The notes under the pieces were generated by a model. It worked only from the letters and a program-made list of their open reading frames with translations, did not search any database and had not been told where the DNA came from. The translations under genes and the position numbers were made by a program. Positions 1 through 18,180 of a stretch of DNA of 64,000 bases are shown here, piece after piece. Source of the stretch: an uncultured beta proteobacterium (GTDB taxonomy: Bacteria > Pseudomonadota > Gammaproteobacteria > Burkholderiales > Casimicrobiaceae); NCBI GenBank assembly GCA_963741355.1, contig CAVUIG010000017.1, forward strand, positions 10,022 through 74,021. Direction: 5' to 3'. Position 1 is the first letter of the stretch; every line of letters starts with the position of its first letter.

Positions 1-459
1 AATATTCTCCATGCCTTTGATATTAAGGTATGTTTCCTGCTGACCGGCAAACGAGGCGTCGGGAAGATCCTCGGCGGTGGCGGACGATCGGACCGCCCAG
101 GTTGCGTCGGGATCGCCGGCGGCGAGCGCCGAGTACGATTCCTTGATCGCGTCGATCAGCGCCGGCGGCAGCGGCGCATCCGAGATCCATCGGCGGATCT
201 CGGCGCCGGCTTCGGCGAGCTTCTTCACGTCATCGACGTCGAGCCCGGACAGCCGTGTTGCAATTCGCGCGTCGAGCTTGCTCTGGGAGAGAAATTCGCG
301 GAACGCGGTCGCGGTGGTGGCAAATCCCGACGGAACGCGGACGCCGGTGGCGCCCAGTTCCCCGATCATCTCGCCCAGCGAGGCGTTCTTGCCGCCGACT
401 TCGCCGACGTCCCCCATGCGGAGACGATCGAACGCAATGACCCGTGCCTTGTCGCCCAT
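1..459 (-). CDS. ppsA: phosphoenolpyruvate synthase, N-terminal part (gene continues beyond the window start)
   Basis: Not in the ORF track because it runs off the edge. Own translation of the minus strand from the ATG at 459-457 gives MGDKARVIAFDRLRMGDVGEVGGKNASLGEMIGELGATGVRVPSGFATTATAFREFL...AVRSSATAEDLPDASFAGQQETYLNIKG. This is the canonical PEP synthase N-terminus (VGGKNASLGEM and RSSATAEDLP motifs). Confidence 0.85.
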   Translation of the reverse strand, partial: MGDKARVIAFDRLRMGDVGEVGGKNASLGEMIGELGATGVRVPSGFATTATAFREFLSQSKLDARIATRLSGLDVDDVKKLAEAGAEIRRWISDAPLPPALIDAIKESYSALAAGDPDATWAVRSSATAEDLPDASFAGQQETYLNIKGMENI

Positions 460-570
460 GTGCGCTCCCCTCGTGCCGCCGTCTGCACGTGGTGCGTCGC
501 GCAAAATCGGGGCGGAAAAGTCACATTCTACGCTTCCGGCGACGCTCGTCAGACGGCATGTTGCGCTGCA

Positions 571-599
571 TTAAACGAAGAACCCGCCGAAGCGGGTTC
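571..599 (-). terminator. hairpin terminator downstream of the HTH gene
   Basis: GAACCCGC-CGAA-GCGGGTTC (580-599) is a perfect 8-bp stem. Read on the minus strand it is followed by TTCGTTTAAT. It lies 34 nt past the stop of ORF 633..1040. Confidence 0.5.
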
Positions 600-632
600 C
601 AGTGTCAGCCTTGCGTGCGGAAGCGAGTCCGG

Positions 633-1040
633 TCAGGTGGAATGCGACGGATCCGTTTGCCCGGGAGTCTCGGCGACGGCGGCCTCGGCCTCACCCACCT
701 CGACCTCGTCGAGGGAGAGCGGCGCCCCGCCGGCCTTGTTGCGGCCCTTCACGGCACGGCGCAGCGTCCGGTACAGGTCGGAGTGCGACTCCTTGAGATA
801 GCTGATGATCTCGAAGTCGACGCGCCGAACCTGCGACAGGTCGATCTGCTCGACGTGCACGAGGCGCAGCAGTTCGCGCACGGGCTTCGGCATCTCGCGT
901 CCGCTCTCGTAGCGGGAGCCGCCGCTCTGCGTGACGCCGATCTGCGTCCAGAACTGCTCCTGGTTCAGCCCCAGGCGCCGCCGGATCTCGCGCGGATTGA
1001 GAACTCGATCAAACAGCTTCACGAAATCGCTCGTCGTCAA
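633..1040 (-). CDS. XRE/Cro-type helix-turn-helix DNA-binding protein
   Basis: ORF 633..1040 (135 aa). The segment IRRRLGLNQEQFWTQIGVTQSGGSRYESGREMPKPV reads as an XRE-family HTH. The C-terminal tail is acidic and low-complexity. Confidence 0.7.
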   Translation of the reverse strand: MTTSDFVKLFDRVLNPREIRRRLGLNQEQFWTQIGVTQSGGSRYESGREMPKPVRELLRLVHVEQIDLSQVRRVDFEIISYLKESHSDLYRTLRRAVKGRNKAGGAPLSLDEVEVGEAEAAVAETPGQTDPSHST

Positions 1041-1416
1041 TGAATGCGATCATCGGCCTGCCGCCTCGGCAGGGCTATACCAATGGCATATTCTTGACCG
1101 AAATGCTGCATCCACGCAAGGGGCATTCGTCCGATTCTTGGCATTCGCATCAACAGGATGCCCAATTTTGACACGGTCCGGCCCGCAACGTTTTGAATTC
1201 CGGGACCAAGTCCGGGCATCCGTGCCGGCTTTGCGGGCCTCGCGAGGACGTCCCGCGTCGTCCGACCCGCAGTCCGGACCGGCGGGCCACGGATGGCTTC
1301 GATCGGCGCCGCCAGCCCGGCGCAGCGAACCCCGGACCGCCCCGCCACGCGAAAAAGGCACGCGGGGGCCCTGCTAGAATCGGGATGCGGTCGCCTCTGC
1401 CCTGGCCGCCATCCCG

Positions 1417-2247
1417 ATGCCGCATTACGACCTCCATTCCCATTCGACGTACTCCGACGGCTTGCTCGACCCGGGCGCGCTGGTGCGCCGGGCAGCGGCG
1501 CGCGGCGTCGACTTTCTCGCCCTCACCGACCACGACGAGCTCGCCGGCCTGGCCGAAGCGCGCGGCGCGGCGATGGACGCGGGCATCACGCTCGTCAACG
1601 GCTCCGAGCTGTCGGCGAGCTGGGACGACCTCACGATCCACGTCGTCGCGCTGCGCATCGATCCCGCCGACGCCACGCTGAATCACGGTCTGGAGTCCAT
1701 CCGCCAGGGGCGCCGCACCCGCGCCCGGCGGATCGCCGATTCGCTTGCCGAGGCCGGGATCCCGGACGCGTTCGAGGGCGCGCTCAAGTACGCGACCACC
1801 GAGCGGCTCATCACGCGGACCCATTTCGCGCGCCACTTGATCGAGATCGGGCGCGTCCGCGACATGAAGGACGCGTTCGCAAAATTCCTCACTCCCGGCA
1901 AGCCCGGCTACGTCACGCACGCGTGGGCGACGATGCCGGAGGCGATCGGCTGGATCCGCGGCGCGGGCGGCCAGGCCGTGCTCGCGCACCCCGGGCGCTA
2001 CAAGGTCGACGAGCGCGGAATGCGCCGCCTGCTCACGGAATTTCGCGACGCGGGCGGCGAGGCGATCGAGGTGCTCTCCGCGTCGCATTCGTCGGCGCAG
2101 GTCGCGGAATACGCGCGCTACGCGCGGGTCCTCGGATTGAAGGCATCGTCGGGCTCCGATTATCACGGGGCCGGCGAAAGCAATACCGACCTCGGCGACC
2201 TGCCGCCGCTTCCGGCCGGCGTCGTCCCCGTCTGGGCCGGCTGGTAG
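1417..2247 (+). CDS. PHP-domain phosphoesterase (TrpH/YciV, RNase AM-like)
   Basis: ORF 1417..2247 (276 aa). It carries MPHYDLHSHSTYSDG, ALTDHD, NGSELS, LAHPGRY and SGSDYHG, the PHP-family metal-ligand motifs in the usual order. Confidence 0.85.
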   Translation: MPHYDLHSHSTYSDGLLDPGALVRRAAARGVDFLALTDHDELAGLAEARGAAMDAGITLVNGSELSASWDDLTIHVVALRIDPADATLNHGLESIRQGRRTRARRIADSLAEAGIPDAFEGALKYATTERLITRTHFARHLIEIGRVRDMKDAFAKFLTPGKPGYVTHAWATMPEAIGWIRGAGGQAVLAHPGRYKVDERGMRRLLTEFRDAGGEAIEVLSASHSSAQVAEYARYARVLGLKASSGSDYHGAGESNTDLGDLPPLPAGVVPVWAGW

Positions 2248-2291
2248 GTCGAGAGCGCCGCGAGGCCGATCGCATCGGCCGCGTCTCCCGC

Positions 2292-3119
2292 ATGTCGAAT
2301 CGCCGCACCGTCTTCTTCGTGTCCGACCGCACCGGCATCACCGCCGAGATGCTGGGCAACAGCCTGCTGTCGCAGTTCGAGGAATTCCAGTTCCAGCGGC
2401 ACACGGTTCCGTTCGTCGATTCGAGCGAGAAGATCGACGCGGTGATTCGCCAGATCAACGAGAACGCCACGAAGGAAGATCGGGCGCCGATCGTGTTCAG
2501 CTCGATCGTCGACGAGGCGATGAGCGCGCGCGTACGCGAGGAGGCGCGGGCGCTGACGCTGGACCTCTTCCAGATCTTCATCGCGCCGCTCGAGGTCGAG
2601 CTCAACGCGAAGAGCTCGCACGCGGCGGGCCGGTCGCATGGCATCTCCAACAGCCACGAGTATTTCGCCCGGATGGACGCGATCAACTTCACCCAGTCGC
2701 ACGACGACGGCGCGTCGACGCGCGACCTCGCCAAGGCGCAGGTCATCCTGGTCGGCGTGTCGCGTTGCGGCAAGACGCCCACGTCGCTCTACCTCGCGCT
2801 GCAGTTCGGCGTACGCGCCGCGAATTTCCCGCTGACGCCGGACGATTTCGTCGACCGCCGGCTGCCGTCGTCGCTGCTGCCGTTTCGCGACAAGCTGTTC
2901 GGCCTCACGATCAATCCCGAGCGGCTGCACCGGATCCGCGAGGAACGCCGCCCCGGCAGCAAATACGCGAAACTCGACAATTGCCGCTACGAGGTGCGCG
3001 AATGCACGAATCTGCTGGAGACCGAGGGGATTCCGATGCTCGACACCACGGCGAAGTCGATCGAGGAGATCGCCACGACGATCCTGCACAAGGCGAAGCT
3101 GCAGCGCCACGCCTACTGA
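2292..3119 (+). CDS. ppsR: PEP synthase regulatory protein (bifunctional kinase/pyrophosphorylase, DUF299)
   Basis: Starts at the internal ATG at 2292 of ORF 1293..3119. Sequence MSNRRTVFFVSDRTGITAEMLGNSLLSQF...VILVGVSRCGKTPTSLYLALQFG...TAKSIEEIATTIL has the typical PpsR/YdiA layout and P-loop. Confidence 0.9.
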   Translation: MSNRRTVFFVSDRTGITAEMLGNSLLSQFEEFQFQRHTVPFVDSSEKIDAVIRQINENATKEDRAPIVFSSIVDEAMSARVREEARALTLDLFQIFIAPLEVELNAKSSHAAGRSHGISNSHEYFARMDAINFTQSHDDGASTRDLAKAQVILVGVSRCGKTPTSLYLALQFGVRAANFPLTPDDFVDRRLPSSLLPFRDKLFGLTINPERLHRIREERRPGSKYAKLDNCRYEVRECTNLLETEGIPMLDTTAKSIEEIATTILHKAKLQRHAY

Positions 3120-3180
3120 GTTCCCGCATGACCGGAACGGGCGATGCAGTCCGCCGTGCCTTGGACTCGGATCCCATTCC

Positions 3181-4110
3181 TTGATCGTCGTCTTCGGCTC
3201 CATCAACGTCGACCTCGTGGCGCGCACGCAGCGGCTGCCACGCGCCGGCGAAACGCAGGTTGGCGACGCGTTCGCGATGCTGCCCGGAGGCAAGGGCGCG
3301 AATCAGGCGCTGGCGGCGCGGCGCGCGGGCGCCGAGGTCGCGCTGGTCGGAGCGGTTGGCCAGGATGCCTTCGCGACCATTGCGCTGTCGGGCCTGCGCG
3401 AGGCCGGCATCGCCCTGAACTCGATCGCCCTGTCGCCGCTGTGCACGGGCATCGCGCTGATCCACGTCGACGCCGTCGGCGAGAACTGCATCACCGTCGT
3501 CGCCGGCGCCAACGCCGAGGCCGACCCCGCGGCGATTCCGCCCGAGCTGCTGCACGCAGGAATCACGCTCCTGCTGCAACTCGAATTGCCGATCGAAAAG
3601 GTGACGCACGCCGCGTTGCGCGCCCGCGGATGCGGCGCGCGCGTCGTGCTCAATGCGGCCCCGGCGCAGCCGCTGCCGGAGGCATTGCTGACCGCGCTCG
3701 ACGTCCTCATTGTCAACGAAGGCGAGGCGGCCGCCCTTGCGGCTGACCTTGGCGTCGAGCGTGCCGCCGAGGCCTTCGCGACGGCAATCCACCGGCGCTT
3801 CGGCTGCGCCGCCATCGTCACGCGCGGCGCGCACGGTGCGATCGCCGTCGCAGACGGCAACCTCTGGCGCGTGCCGGCGCCGCGCGTCCCGGTCGTCGAT
3901 ACGATCGGTGCTGGCGATGCGTTCGCCGGAGCGCTTTCAGCCGCGCTCGATCGCGGCGCCGCGTGGCCCCGCGCGCTCGCCGACGGCGTTGCCGCCGGAG
4001 CGCTCGCCTGCACCGCGAGCGGCGCGCAGGCCGCGCTGCCCGGGGCGATCGCCATCGCGAACCTTTCCGATTCGGTAGAATCCAACGTCCTCTTTCACCG
4101 GCTCGACTGA
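3181..4110 (+). CDS. rbsK: ribokinase / PfkB-family sugar kinase
   Basis: ORF 3181..4110 (309 aa, TTG start). Motifs are VVFGSINVDLV, LPGGKGANQALAAR and VVDTIGAGDAFAGAL (PfkB signature 2). Substrate is assigned by family resemblance only. Confidence 0.7.
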   Translation: MIVVFGSINVDLVARTQRLPRAGETQVGDAFAMLPGGKGANQALAARRAGAEVALVGAVGQDAFATIALSGLREAGIALNSIALSPLCTGIALIHVDAVGENCITVVAGANAEADPAAIPPELLHAGITLLLQLELPIEKVTHAALRARGCGARVVLNAAPAQPLPEALLTALDVLIVNEGEAAALAADLGVERAAEAFATAIHRRFGCAAIVTRGAHGAIAVADGNLWRVPAPRVPVVDTIGAGDAFAGALSAALDRGAAWPRALADGVAAGALACTASGAQAALPGAIAIANLSDSVESNVLFHRLD

Positions 4111-4116
4111 CTCCTC

Positions 4117-4944
4117 ATGCGCTTCCGTGACCTTCGCTCGCTTGCATTCGCCCTGACCCTTGCCGTCGTCGCGCTGACGCCTGCCGCCGCACGCGCCCAG
4201 GATTACACCGACATCTGGTGGAACGCCGGAGGCACCGAGAGCGGCTGGGGCGTCAACTTCGTGCAGAACGAGAACATCGTTTTCGCGACGTTCTACATCT
4301 ACGACGTCAACAGGCAGCCCATGTGGTACTCGGCGGCGATGACTGAGCACAGGCTCCGGGAGCTTACGTGGGGCCTCTCTATCAGACCGCGGGATCGTTC
4401 TTCGGCAATGCGTGGAATCCGGCCGACGCACCCTGCGCGCGGCACTGGTCGGCTCGTCGACATTCACGCCGACTTCCGCGACAACCGGCACGCTCAACTA
4501 TAACGGTCAACAACCGGTCCCAACCGGGCGCACGCGTCAGAAGCAGATCGCGCGCTTCGCGTTCAAGACGATCCTGCTGGGCGGCAATTATTCCGGCGTC
4601 ATGTCCGACGACCGTTTCGAAATGCCAGGACAGCACCAACAACAGCACGGGGCTGATCATACGACATCGATCCGCAGGTGACGCAGACGACGGACGGCAC
4701 GCTGCAGATCATCGTCGCGTTCATCCGGAGACCGGCAGCTGCACGCTGTCCGGACCCGTGGTGCAGGAAGGCCAGCTGTTCAGCGTTCCGGCCGCGACCT
4801 ACACGTGCACGTTCGGCGCCAACACGACCGCGACGCTCTATGAGGTCAAGGCGACCTCGCTCGGCATCGAGGGGCGCTGGGTCGCCGCCAACATCGGCGG
4901 CGGATGCCAGCAGGACGCGCAGGTTCTCCGCGCTGCTGAACTAA
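4117..4944 (+). pseudogene. secreted hypothetical protein (signal peptide, DYTDIWW...ESGWG N-terminus), multiply frame-disrupted
   Basis: The start MRFRDLRSLAFALTLAVVALTPAAARA-QDYTDIWWNAGGTESGWGVNFVQNE includes a signal peptide. Plausible protein text continues only if the frame is switched about 5-6 times: GPLYQTAGSFFGNAWNPADA; ALVGSSTFTPTSATTGTLNYNGQ; TQTTDGTLQIIVAF; ETGSCTLSGPVVQEGQLFSVPAATYTCTFGANTTATLYEVKATSLGIEGRWVAANIGGGCQQDAQ. These pieces lie across ORFs 4117, 4368, 4412 and 4678. The end is taken from ORF 4678..4944. Confidence 0.5.
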
Positions 4945-5750
4945 GGCATCTGGCCGCCGCGCGGCGGCGCGCTGCCGCACGCATTCGAACAGGCACACCG
5001 CCGTCGCCGCGGCGGCGTTGAGCGATTCCATTCCGCCCGGCATCGGAATGGTCACGCGTTGCGTCGCCTGCGCGAGCAGAGCGCTCGGCGCGAGTCCCGC
5101 CCCTTCGTTGCCGATCGCGACGGCGACGCGTCCCGCGAGCCGAGCGGCGTAAAGGCCGTCTCCGCCCGCGGCGGTCGCCGCGACCACCTCGCCGCCGCCT
5201 GCGCGATAGCGCGGACGCCCATTCGGCGAGGTCGACGTCCTCGTAGATGTCGATCGAGGAAATGCGCGCCCTGCCCCGCGCGCAGCACCTTGGGCGACCA
5301 CGCGAACGCGCAGTGCTTCGACATCAGCACCTGGCGCACACCGGCCGCTGCCGCGGTGCGCAGCATCGAGCCGACATTGCCCGGGTCCTGCACGTCGTCG
5401 ATCAGCAGGCAGAAGTCGGCCGGTGCGGACGGCGCGGGCGTCAGCGCCGGGACGACCGCGATGGATGCCGACCCCTGCCGGCAATGCGGCGAGCTCGGCA
5501 AGCAGGGCCGAGCGGCACGACCAGCGTGCGCTCGGAAAAGCGCTCGGCCAGCGCCGAAGGTGCCGGGGCGCGCGAGCGCGTCGTCGGCGACGATCAGCGT
5601 TTCCGGGGCACCGTGCCGCTGCGCGAAGGCCTCGATGAGATGCTCGCCTTCGAGCACGCATTTCCCGGCCTTGCGCCGATCGCGCGCCGAGGCGATGAGG
5701 CGCGAAGCTTCCTGCAACCGCGGATTGTGGCGTGAGGTGATCCTGAGCAT
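4941..5750 (-). pseudogene. TrmH/SpoU-family RNA 2'-O-methyltransferase, frame-disrupted
   Basis: The N-terminus comes from ORF 5052..5750 (MLRITSRHNPRLQEASRLIASARDRRKAGKCVLEGEHLIEAF...LLIDDVQDPGNVGSMLRTAAAAGV). The C-terminus comes from another frame, ORF 4846..5661 (VAVAIGNEGAGLAPSALLAQATQRVTIPMPGGMESLNAAAATAVCLFE), which is the SpoU motif 2/3. At least 2 frame switches are needed. The 3' end is approximate. Confidence 0.6.
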
Positions 5751-5774
5751 CGCGGCCGCGCGGGCGGGTACGAG

Positions 5775-8360
<2,586 letters not shown>

Positions 8361-8428
8361 GCCGTGCCGGCGCGCCCGGAAGCGAGCGGCCGGGACCGGA
8401 GGGCGCGTGGCTTCATCGCGACGCGCCT

Positions 8429-10141
<1,713 letters not shown>

Positions 10142-10199
10142 TTACACGGATTCGCGCCACTGTCGCGCGGGCAGGCGGGCCCCGCGGATGGCATTCGCG

Positions 10200-11600
10200 T
10201 CAGGCGTTCAGGAGAGCGCGCTCGAGTCGTGCTCGCGTCGCCTCGCGGCCCAGCAGCGCGAGCACGGCGTCGATCGCCGGGGTCTGCGGCGTGCCGCAGA
10301 CCAGCATCCGCAGCGGCATCATGACCTGCGCCGGTTTGAGCGCGTGTCGTCCCGCGACCGCCTTCAGCGTGGCGCCGATCGCCTCCCGGGTCCAGTCGAC
10401 CGTTGCGAATGCGTCGAGAATCTCGGCCAGCGCCGGCCGATTGGATGCAGTGACCGTTTCCGCCAGCCTGTCCGGCGAAAGATGCGGCGCGGCGTAGAAA
10501 TAATGCGCGGCGTCGGCCATTTCCACCAAGGTCGCGACGCGATCGCGCAGCAGCATGGCGACCGGCCCCGGCGCAGGACCGTGCGCAGCGTCGAGCCCGG
10601 CGCCGTCGAGATACGGCGCGAGGCGCCGTCCCAGCTCATCCTCGGCAAGCCGTTTCATGTGCTCCTGATTGACCCACTTGAGCTTGTCGGGGTCGAATCG
10701 ACCGGGCGAGGGCGACAGCCCGCCGAGGTCGAACCAGGCGAGGAACTCGTCGCGCGAGAAGATCTCGTCGTCGCCGTGCGACCAGCCGAGGCGCGCGAGG
10801 TAGTTGACGACGGCCTCGGGCAGATAGCCGTCGTCGCGATACTGCAGCACGCCTTTCGCGCCGTGGCGCTTGGAGAGCTTCTCGCCCTCCGGCGTCAGCA
10901 CCGTCGGAAGGTGCGCGTAAACCGGCGGCGTGGCGCCCAGCGCGCGCAGGATGTTGATCTGGCGCGGCGTATTGTTGACGTGGTCGTCGCCGCGGATGAC
11001 GTGCGTGATCCGCATGTCCAGGTCGTCGACGACGACGCAGAAGTTGTAGGTCGGCGTTCCGTCGGGGCGCGCGAGCACGAGATCGTCGAGCTCGGCATTC
11101 GAGATCTCGATCCGTCCCTTGACCGCGTCGACCCACGCGACGGCGCCTTCCAGCGGGTTCTTGAACCGGATCACCGGCGCGACACCCGCCGGCGGCGTCA
11201 TGCCGACGGCGTTCTCGGGTCGCCAGCGGCCGTCGTAGCGGGGCTTTTCGCCGCGCGCCATCTGCGCCGCGCGCAGAGCGTCGAGCTCGGCGGGCGACGT
11301 GTAGCAGGGATAGGCGAGGCCGCGCGCGACCATGTCGCCCAGGACCGCACGGTACCGGTCCATCCGCTGCATCTGGTAGTACGGGCCTTCGTCGTAATCG
11401 AGCCCGAGCCACGCCATCGCGGCGATGATCGCGTCCACCGATTCCTGCGTCGAGCGCTCGACGTCGGTATCCTCGACGCGAAGGATGAACGCGCCGCCGT
11501 GCTTTCGCGCAAACGCCCACGGAAAGAGCGCCGAGCGAATGTTGCCGAGATGGATGAAGCCGGTCGGGCTGGGCGCGAAGCGGGTGCGGACGGTGGTCAC
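10200..11600 (-). CDS. gltX: glutamate--tRNA ligase
   Basis: ORF 10200..11600 (466 aa), intact. It carries [20 protein letters not shown] (HIGH region), ILRVEDTD and KLSKRHG (KMSKS). Confidence 0.95.
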   Translation of the reverse strand: MTTVRTRFAPSPTGFIHLGNIRSALFPWAFARKHGGAFILRVEDTDVERSTQESVDAIIAAMAWLGLDYDEGPYYQMQRMDRYRAVLGDMVARGLAYPCYTSPAELDALRAAQMARGEKPRYDGRWRPENAVGMTPPAGVAPVIRFKNPLEGAVAWVDAVKGRIEISNAELDDLVLARPDGTPTYNFCVVVDDLDMRITHVIRGDDHVNNTPRQINILRALGATPPVYAHLPTVLTPEGEKLSKRHGAKGVLQYRDDGYLPEAVVNYLARLGWSHGDDEIFSRDEFLAWFDLGGLSPSPGRFDPDKLKWVNQEHMKRLAEDELGRRLAPYLDGAGLDAAHGPAPGPVAMLLRDRVATLVEMADAAHYFYAAPHLSPDRLAETVTASNRPALAEILDAFATVDWTREAIGATLKAVAGRHALKPAQVMMPLRMLVCGTPQTPAIDAVLALLGREATRARLERALLNA

Positions 11601-11649
11601 GACGAAGATGCGGCGGGAAAGCGTCGCATTCTACCGGACGCCTCTGTCA

Positions 11650-14946
<3,297 letters not shown>

Positions 14947-14955
14947 CGGCGCGCG

Positions 14956-15687
14956 CTACTTCCAGTCGGGATTCGGCAGCTCGGCGAACACCCGGCGAAG
15001 CCCCTCTCCCCACTGCGTGTGCACCATCTGGAAGTACGGATCCGACTCTTCGATGCGCCGCTGAAGTCCGACTGCGAGCGAATCGGTCTCGTAGACGAAC
15101 AGATCGATCGGCAGACCGACGGAGATGTTGGAGCGCATCGTCGAATCGAACGAGACCATCGTGCACTTGGTCGCGTCCATCAGCGAGGTGTCGCGCGTCA
15201 GGACGCGGTCCAGCACCGGCTTGCCGTACTTGCTCTCGCCGATCTGGAAATAGCAGGTGTCCGGCGTCGCCTCGATGAAGTTGCCCTCGGCATAGACTTC
15301 GAAGAGGCGCGGCGGCTCGCCGCGGATCTGCCCGCCGACCAGGAAATTGGCACCGGAGTCGATGTTGTTCTGCGCGAGATACGGGCCGTCGCGGGTCTTG
15401 ACGTCGCGCAGCGCATCGCCCAGCAGGCGCGCGACGTCGAACATCGACATCGAGTTCCACAGGTGATGCGAGTTGTCGCCGGCGCGGGCGCGCTGCTCGA
15501 GGATGTTGATCGCGTTCTGCGTGATCGAAAGGTTGCCCGACGACAGCGTGACGATCACGCGCTCGCCGGCGCGGATGAACGTGCGCATCTTGGAGAAGCG
15601 CGAGATCTGGTCCACGCCCGCGTTGGTCCGGGAGTCGGACGCGAAGATCATTCCCGCATCGAGGGACATCGCGACGCAATAGGTCAT
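14956..15687 (-). CDS. Anbu-type proteasome-like peptidase (T1 family beta-subunit homologue)
   Basis: ORF 14956..15744, intact. The internal start gives MTYCVAMSLDAGMIFASDSRTNAGVDQISRFSKM..., with Thr directly after Met as expected for an N-terminal nucleophile hydrolase of the Anbu family. An alternative upstream ATG at 15744 overlaps the alpha-E stop (TGATG) and would add 19 aa. Confidence 0.85.
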   Translation of the reverse strand: MTYCVAMSLDAGMIFASDSRTNAGVDQISRFSKMRTFIRAGERVIVTLSSGNLSITQNAINILEQRARAGDNSHHLWNSMSMFDVARLLGDALRDVKTRDGPYLAQNNIDSGANFLVGGQIRGEPPRLFEVYAEGNFIEATPDTCYFQIGESKYGKPVLDRVLTRDTSLMDATKCTMVSFDSTMRSNISVGLPIDLFVYETDSLAVGLQRRIEESDPYFQMVHTQWGEGLRRVFAELPNPDWK

Positions 15688-15743
15688 GGCGGTGGCATCG
15701 GGGAAAACGGCAATTCTACCGAATCCGCTCGCGGCCCTTGCCA

Positions 15744-16703
15744 TCAGTAGGTCGGAGCGAGGAAATGCCGGCTGATCTCATTGCCGAGCGCCGAAATCCG
15801 GCCGAGAAAATCGATCAGGTACTCGTGCAGGCCCTGCCTGATGATGTCGTCGGCCTTGCCGTAGTGCAGTTTCGCGTGCAGCTCGCCCGGCGACGCGCTC
15901 GATCTCGCGGCTGCCGTCGTCGCACAGGAGCTCCAGCGACTCGAAGATGAAATTCATGCAGGCGTGCAGCGAGCGCGGCATGTCGTCGCGCAGGATCAGG
16001 AGCTCGGCGACGCGGCGCGGCGTGATCACGTCGCGGTAGACTTGCGGTACGACTCGAAGCCCGACACCGAGCGCAGCAGCGCGCCCCACTGGTAGTAGTC
16101 GACCGCGCCGCCGACGTCGGCCGCGCTCGGCAGCAGCGTGTGGTACTTGACGTCGAGGATGCGCGCCGTGTTGTCGGCGCGCTCGAGGAGCGTGCCGAGG
16201 CGGATGAAGTGGTAGGCCTCGTCGCGCAGCATGGTGCCGAAGGTCACGCCGCGGAACAGGTGCGAGCGCATCTTCACCCAGTCGAAGAACTCCGAGACGC
16301 CGCTGCGCCTCGATCGCGGCGTAGTCGAGCGGCGCATCTCGAGCCAGGTCGAGTTGAGGTCCTCCCACATCTCGGAGGTGATCGCGCCCGCGCACCGCGC
16401 GCGCCGTTTCGCGCGCCGCGCGCAGGCAGCAGAAGATCGACGACGGGTTCGACGGGTCGAGGACCATGAATCGCAGCACGTTCTCGGCCGGACAGCTCGG
16501 CGTAGCGCTCGTAGTACGTCTTGGCAAGGCCCGACGTGATCCAGCGGCACCGCCCACGGCTCGGCCCACGCGAGCCCGGGCTCGACCACTTCGTACGGCA
16601 GCAGCGACATCCGGTAGGTGACGTCCAGCAGGCGCGCGGTGTTCTCGGCGCGCTCGATGTGGCGCGACATCCAGTAGAGCTCGTTGGCGGTGCGGCAGAG
16701 CAT
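15744..16703 (-). pseudogene. alpha-E domain protein (DUF403/COG2307-like), multiply frame-disrupted
   Basis: MLCRTANELYWMSRHIERAENTARLLDVTYRMSL comes from ORF 16026..16703. ENVLRFMVLDPSNPSSIFCCLRAARETARAVRG comes from the other frame. ITSEMWEDLNSTWLEM...SEFFDWVKMRSHLFRGVTFGTMLRDEAYHFIRLGTLLERADNTARILDVKY follows. The tail YRDVITPRRVAELLILRDDMPRSLHACMNFI...EISRHFLAPTY* ends at 15744. Confidence 0.8.
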
Positions 16704-16715
16704 GCGATGCCCGGC

Positions 16716-18135
16716 CTATCCCGCGACGACCCAGGTGTCCTTGGTGCCGCCGCCCTGCGACGAGTTCACGACCAGCGAGCCCTCGCGCAGCGCGACGCGC
16801 GTGAGCCCGCCGGGCACGAGGCTCACGTCGCCGCCCGACAGCACGAAGGGCCGCAGGTCGACGTGGCGCGGCGCGAGCCCGGCCTCGACGAAGGTCGGGC
16901 AGGTCGACAGCGCCAGCGTCGGCTGCGCGATGTATTTGTCCGGGTGCGCGAGGATCCGCGCGCGGAACGTCGTCGCGCTCGGCCGCGGTCGACGCCGGCC
17001 CGATCAGCATGCCGTAGCCGCCCGAGCCGTGGACCTCCTTGACCACCAGCTCGTCGAGATGCGCGAGCGACGTAGTCGCAGCTCGTCGGGCATGCAGCAG
17101 CTGCTAGGTCGGCACGTTGTTCAGCATCGGCTCCTCGCCGAGGTAGAAGCGGATCATGTCGGGCACGTACGGATAGATCGACTTGTCGTCGGCGACGCCG
17201 GTGCCGATGGCGTTGGCGAGCGTGACCCTGCCGGCGCGATAGGCGGCGAAGAGCCCCGGCACGCCCAGCATCGAATCCGGCCGGAACGCGAGCGGGTCGA
17301 GGAAGTCGTCGTCGATGCGCCGGTAGATCACGTCGACGCGCTGCGGGCCGCGCGTCGTCCGCATGTAGACGGTGTCGTCCTGGACGAACAGGTCCTGGCC
17401 CTCGACCAGCTCGACGCCCATCTGCTGGGCGAGGAAGCGTGCTCGAAGTAGGCGGAGTTGTAGGCGCCGGGCGTCAGCACCGCGACGGTCGGGCGCTTCC
17501 TCGCCGGCGGGCGCGAGCGCGCGCAGGTTTTCGAGCAGCAGGTCGGGATAGTGCTCGACCGGGCGGATCGGCTGCGTCGCGAACAACTCGGGGAAGAGCC
17601 GCATCATCATCTTGCGGTTCTCCAGCATGTAGGACACGCCGGAGGCACGCGCAGGTTGTCCTCGAGCACGTAGAACTCGCCCTCGCCCGCGCGCACCATG
17701 TCGACGCCGGCGATGTGCGCGTAGATGCCGCCCGGCACGTCGATGCCGCGCATCTCCGCGCCGGTATTGCGCGTTGCCGAGCACGCGCTCGCGCGGCATG
17801 ACGCCCGCGTCGAGGATCGCCTGGTCGTGATAGATGTCGTGCAGGAACGCGTTCAGCGCCTGCACGCGCTGGCGCAGCCCGCGGTCGAGCATCTTCCACT
17901 CCTCCGCGGGAATGATGCGCGGAACGATGTCGAACGGAATCAGCCGCTCGGTGCCGGAATCCTCGCCGTAGACCGCGAACGTGATGCCGACGCGATGAAA
18001 CGCGCGCTCGGCCTCGTCCCGCTTCTGGGCAATCCGGGCCGGGGTAGTCCGGTCGAGCCACCCGGCGAACCCCTGGTAGTGCGCCCTGACGGTACCGTCG
18101 GACCGACGCATTTCATCGAATGGTGGCCGGGACAC
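16716..18135 (-). pseudogene. circularly permuted type-2 ATP-grasp protein (COG2308-like), multiply frame-disrupted
   Basis: ORF 17104..18192 supplies FDEMRRSDGTVRAHYQGFAGWL...AFHRVGITFAVYGE...ERLIPFDIVPRII...SGVSYMLENRKMMMRLFPELF...VADDKSIYPYVPDMIRFYLGEEPMLNNVPT. The C-terminus ([23 protein letters not shown]...) lies in the frame of ORF 15778..17046, and the final part ...[15 protein letters not shown] reads in yet another frame, ending at 16716. The start is uncertain: GTG at 18135 or ATG at 18192. Confidence 0.8.
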
Positions 18136-18180
18136 GGGAGAATTCGCGAAGGGGTTGTTTAAAGGGTTATTGCAACGCAA

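Noticed and set aside
15688-15744. A 19-aa N-terminal extension of Anbu (MARAASGFGRIAVFPDATA), as a possible proteasome-style propeptide.
   Set aside because: Anbu proteins, as I recall them, start directly at M-T with no propeptide, and the extension is low-complexity. It is kept only as an alternative start because its ATG overlaps the alpha-E stop.
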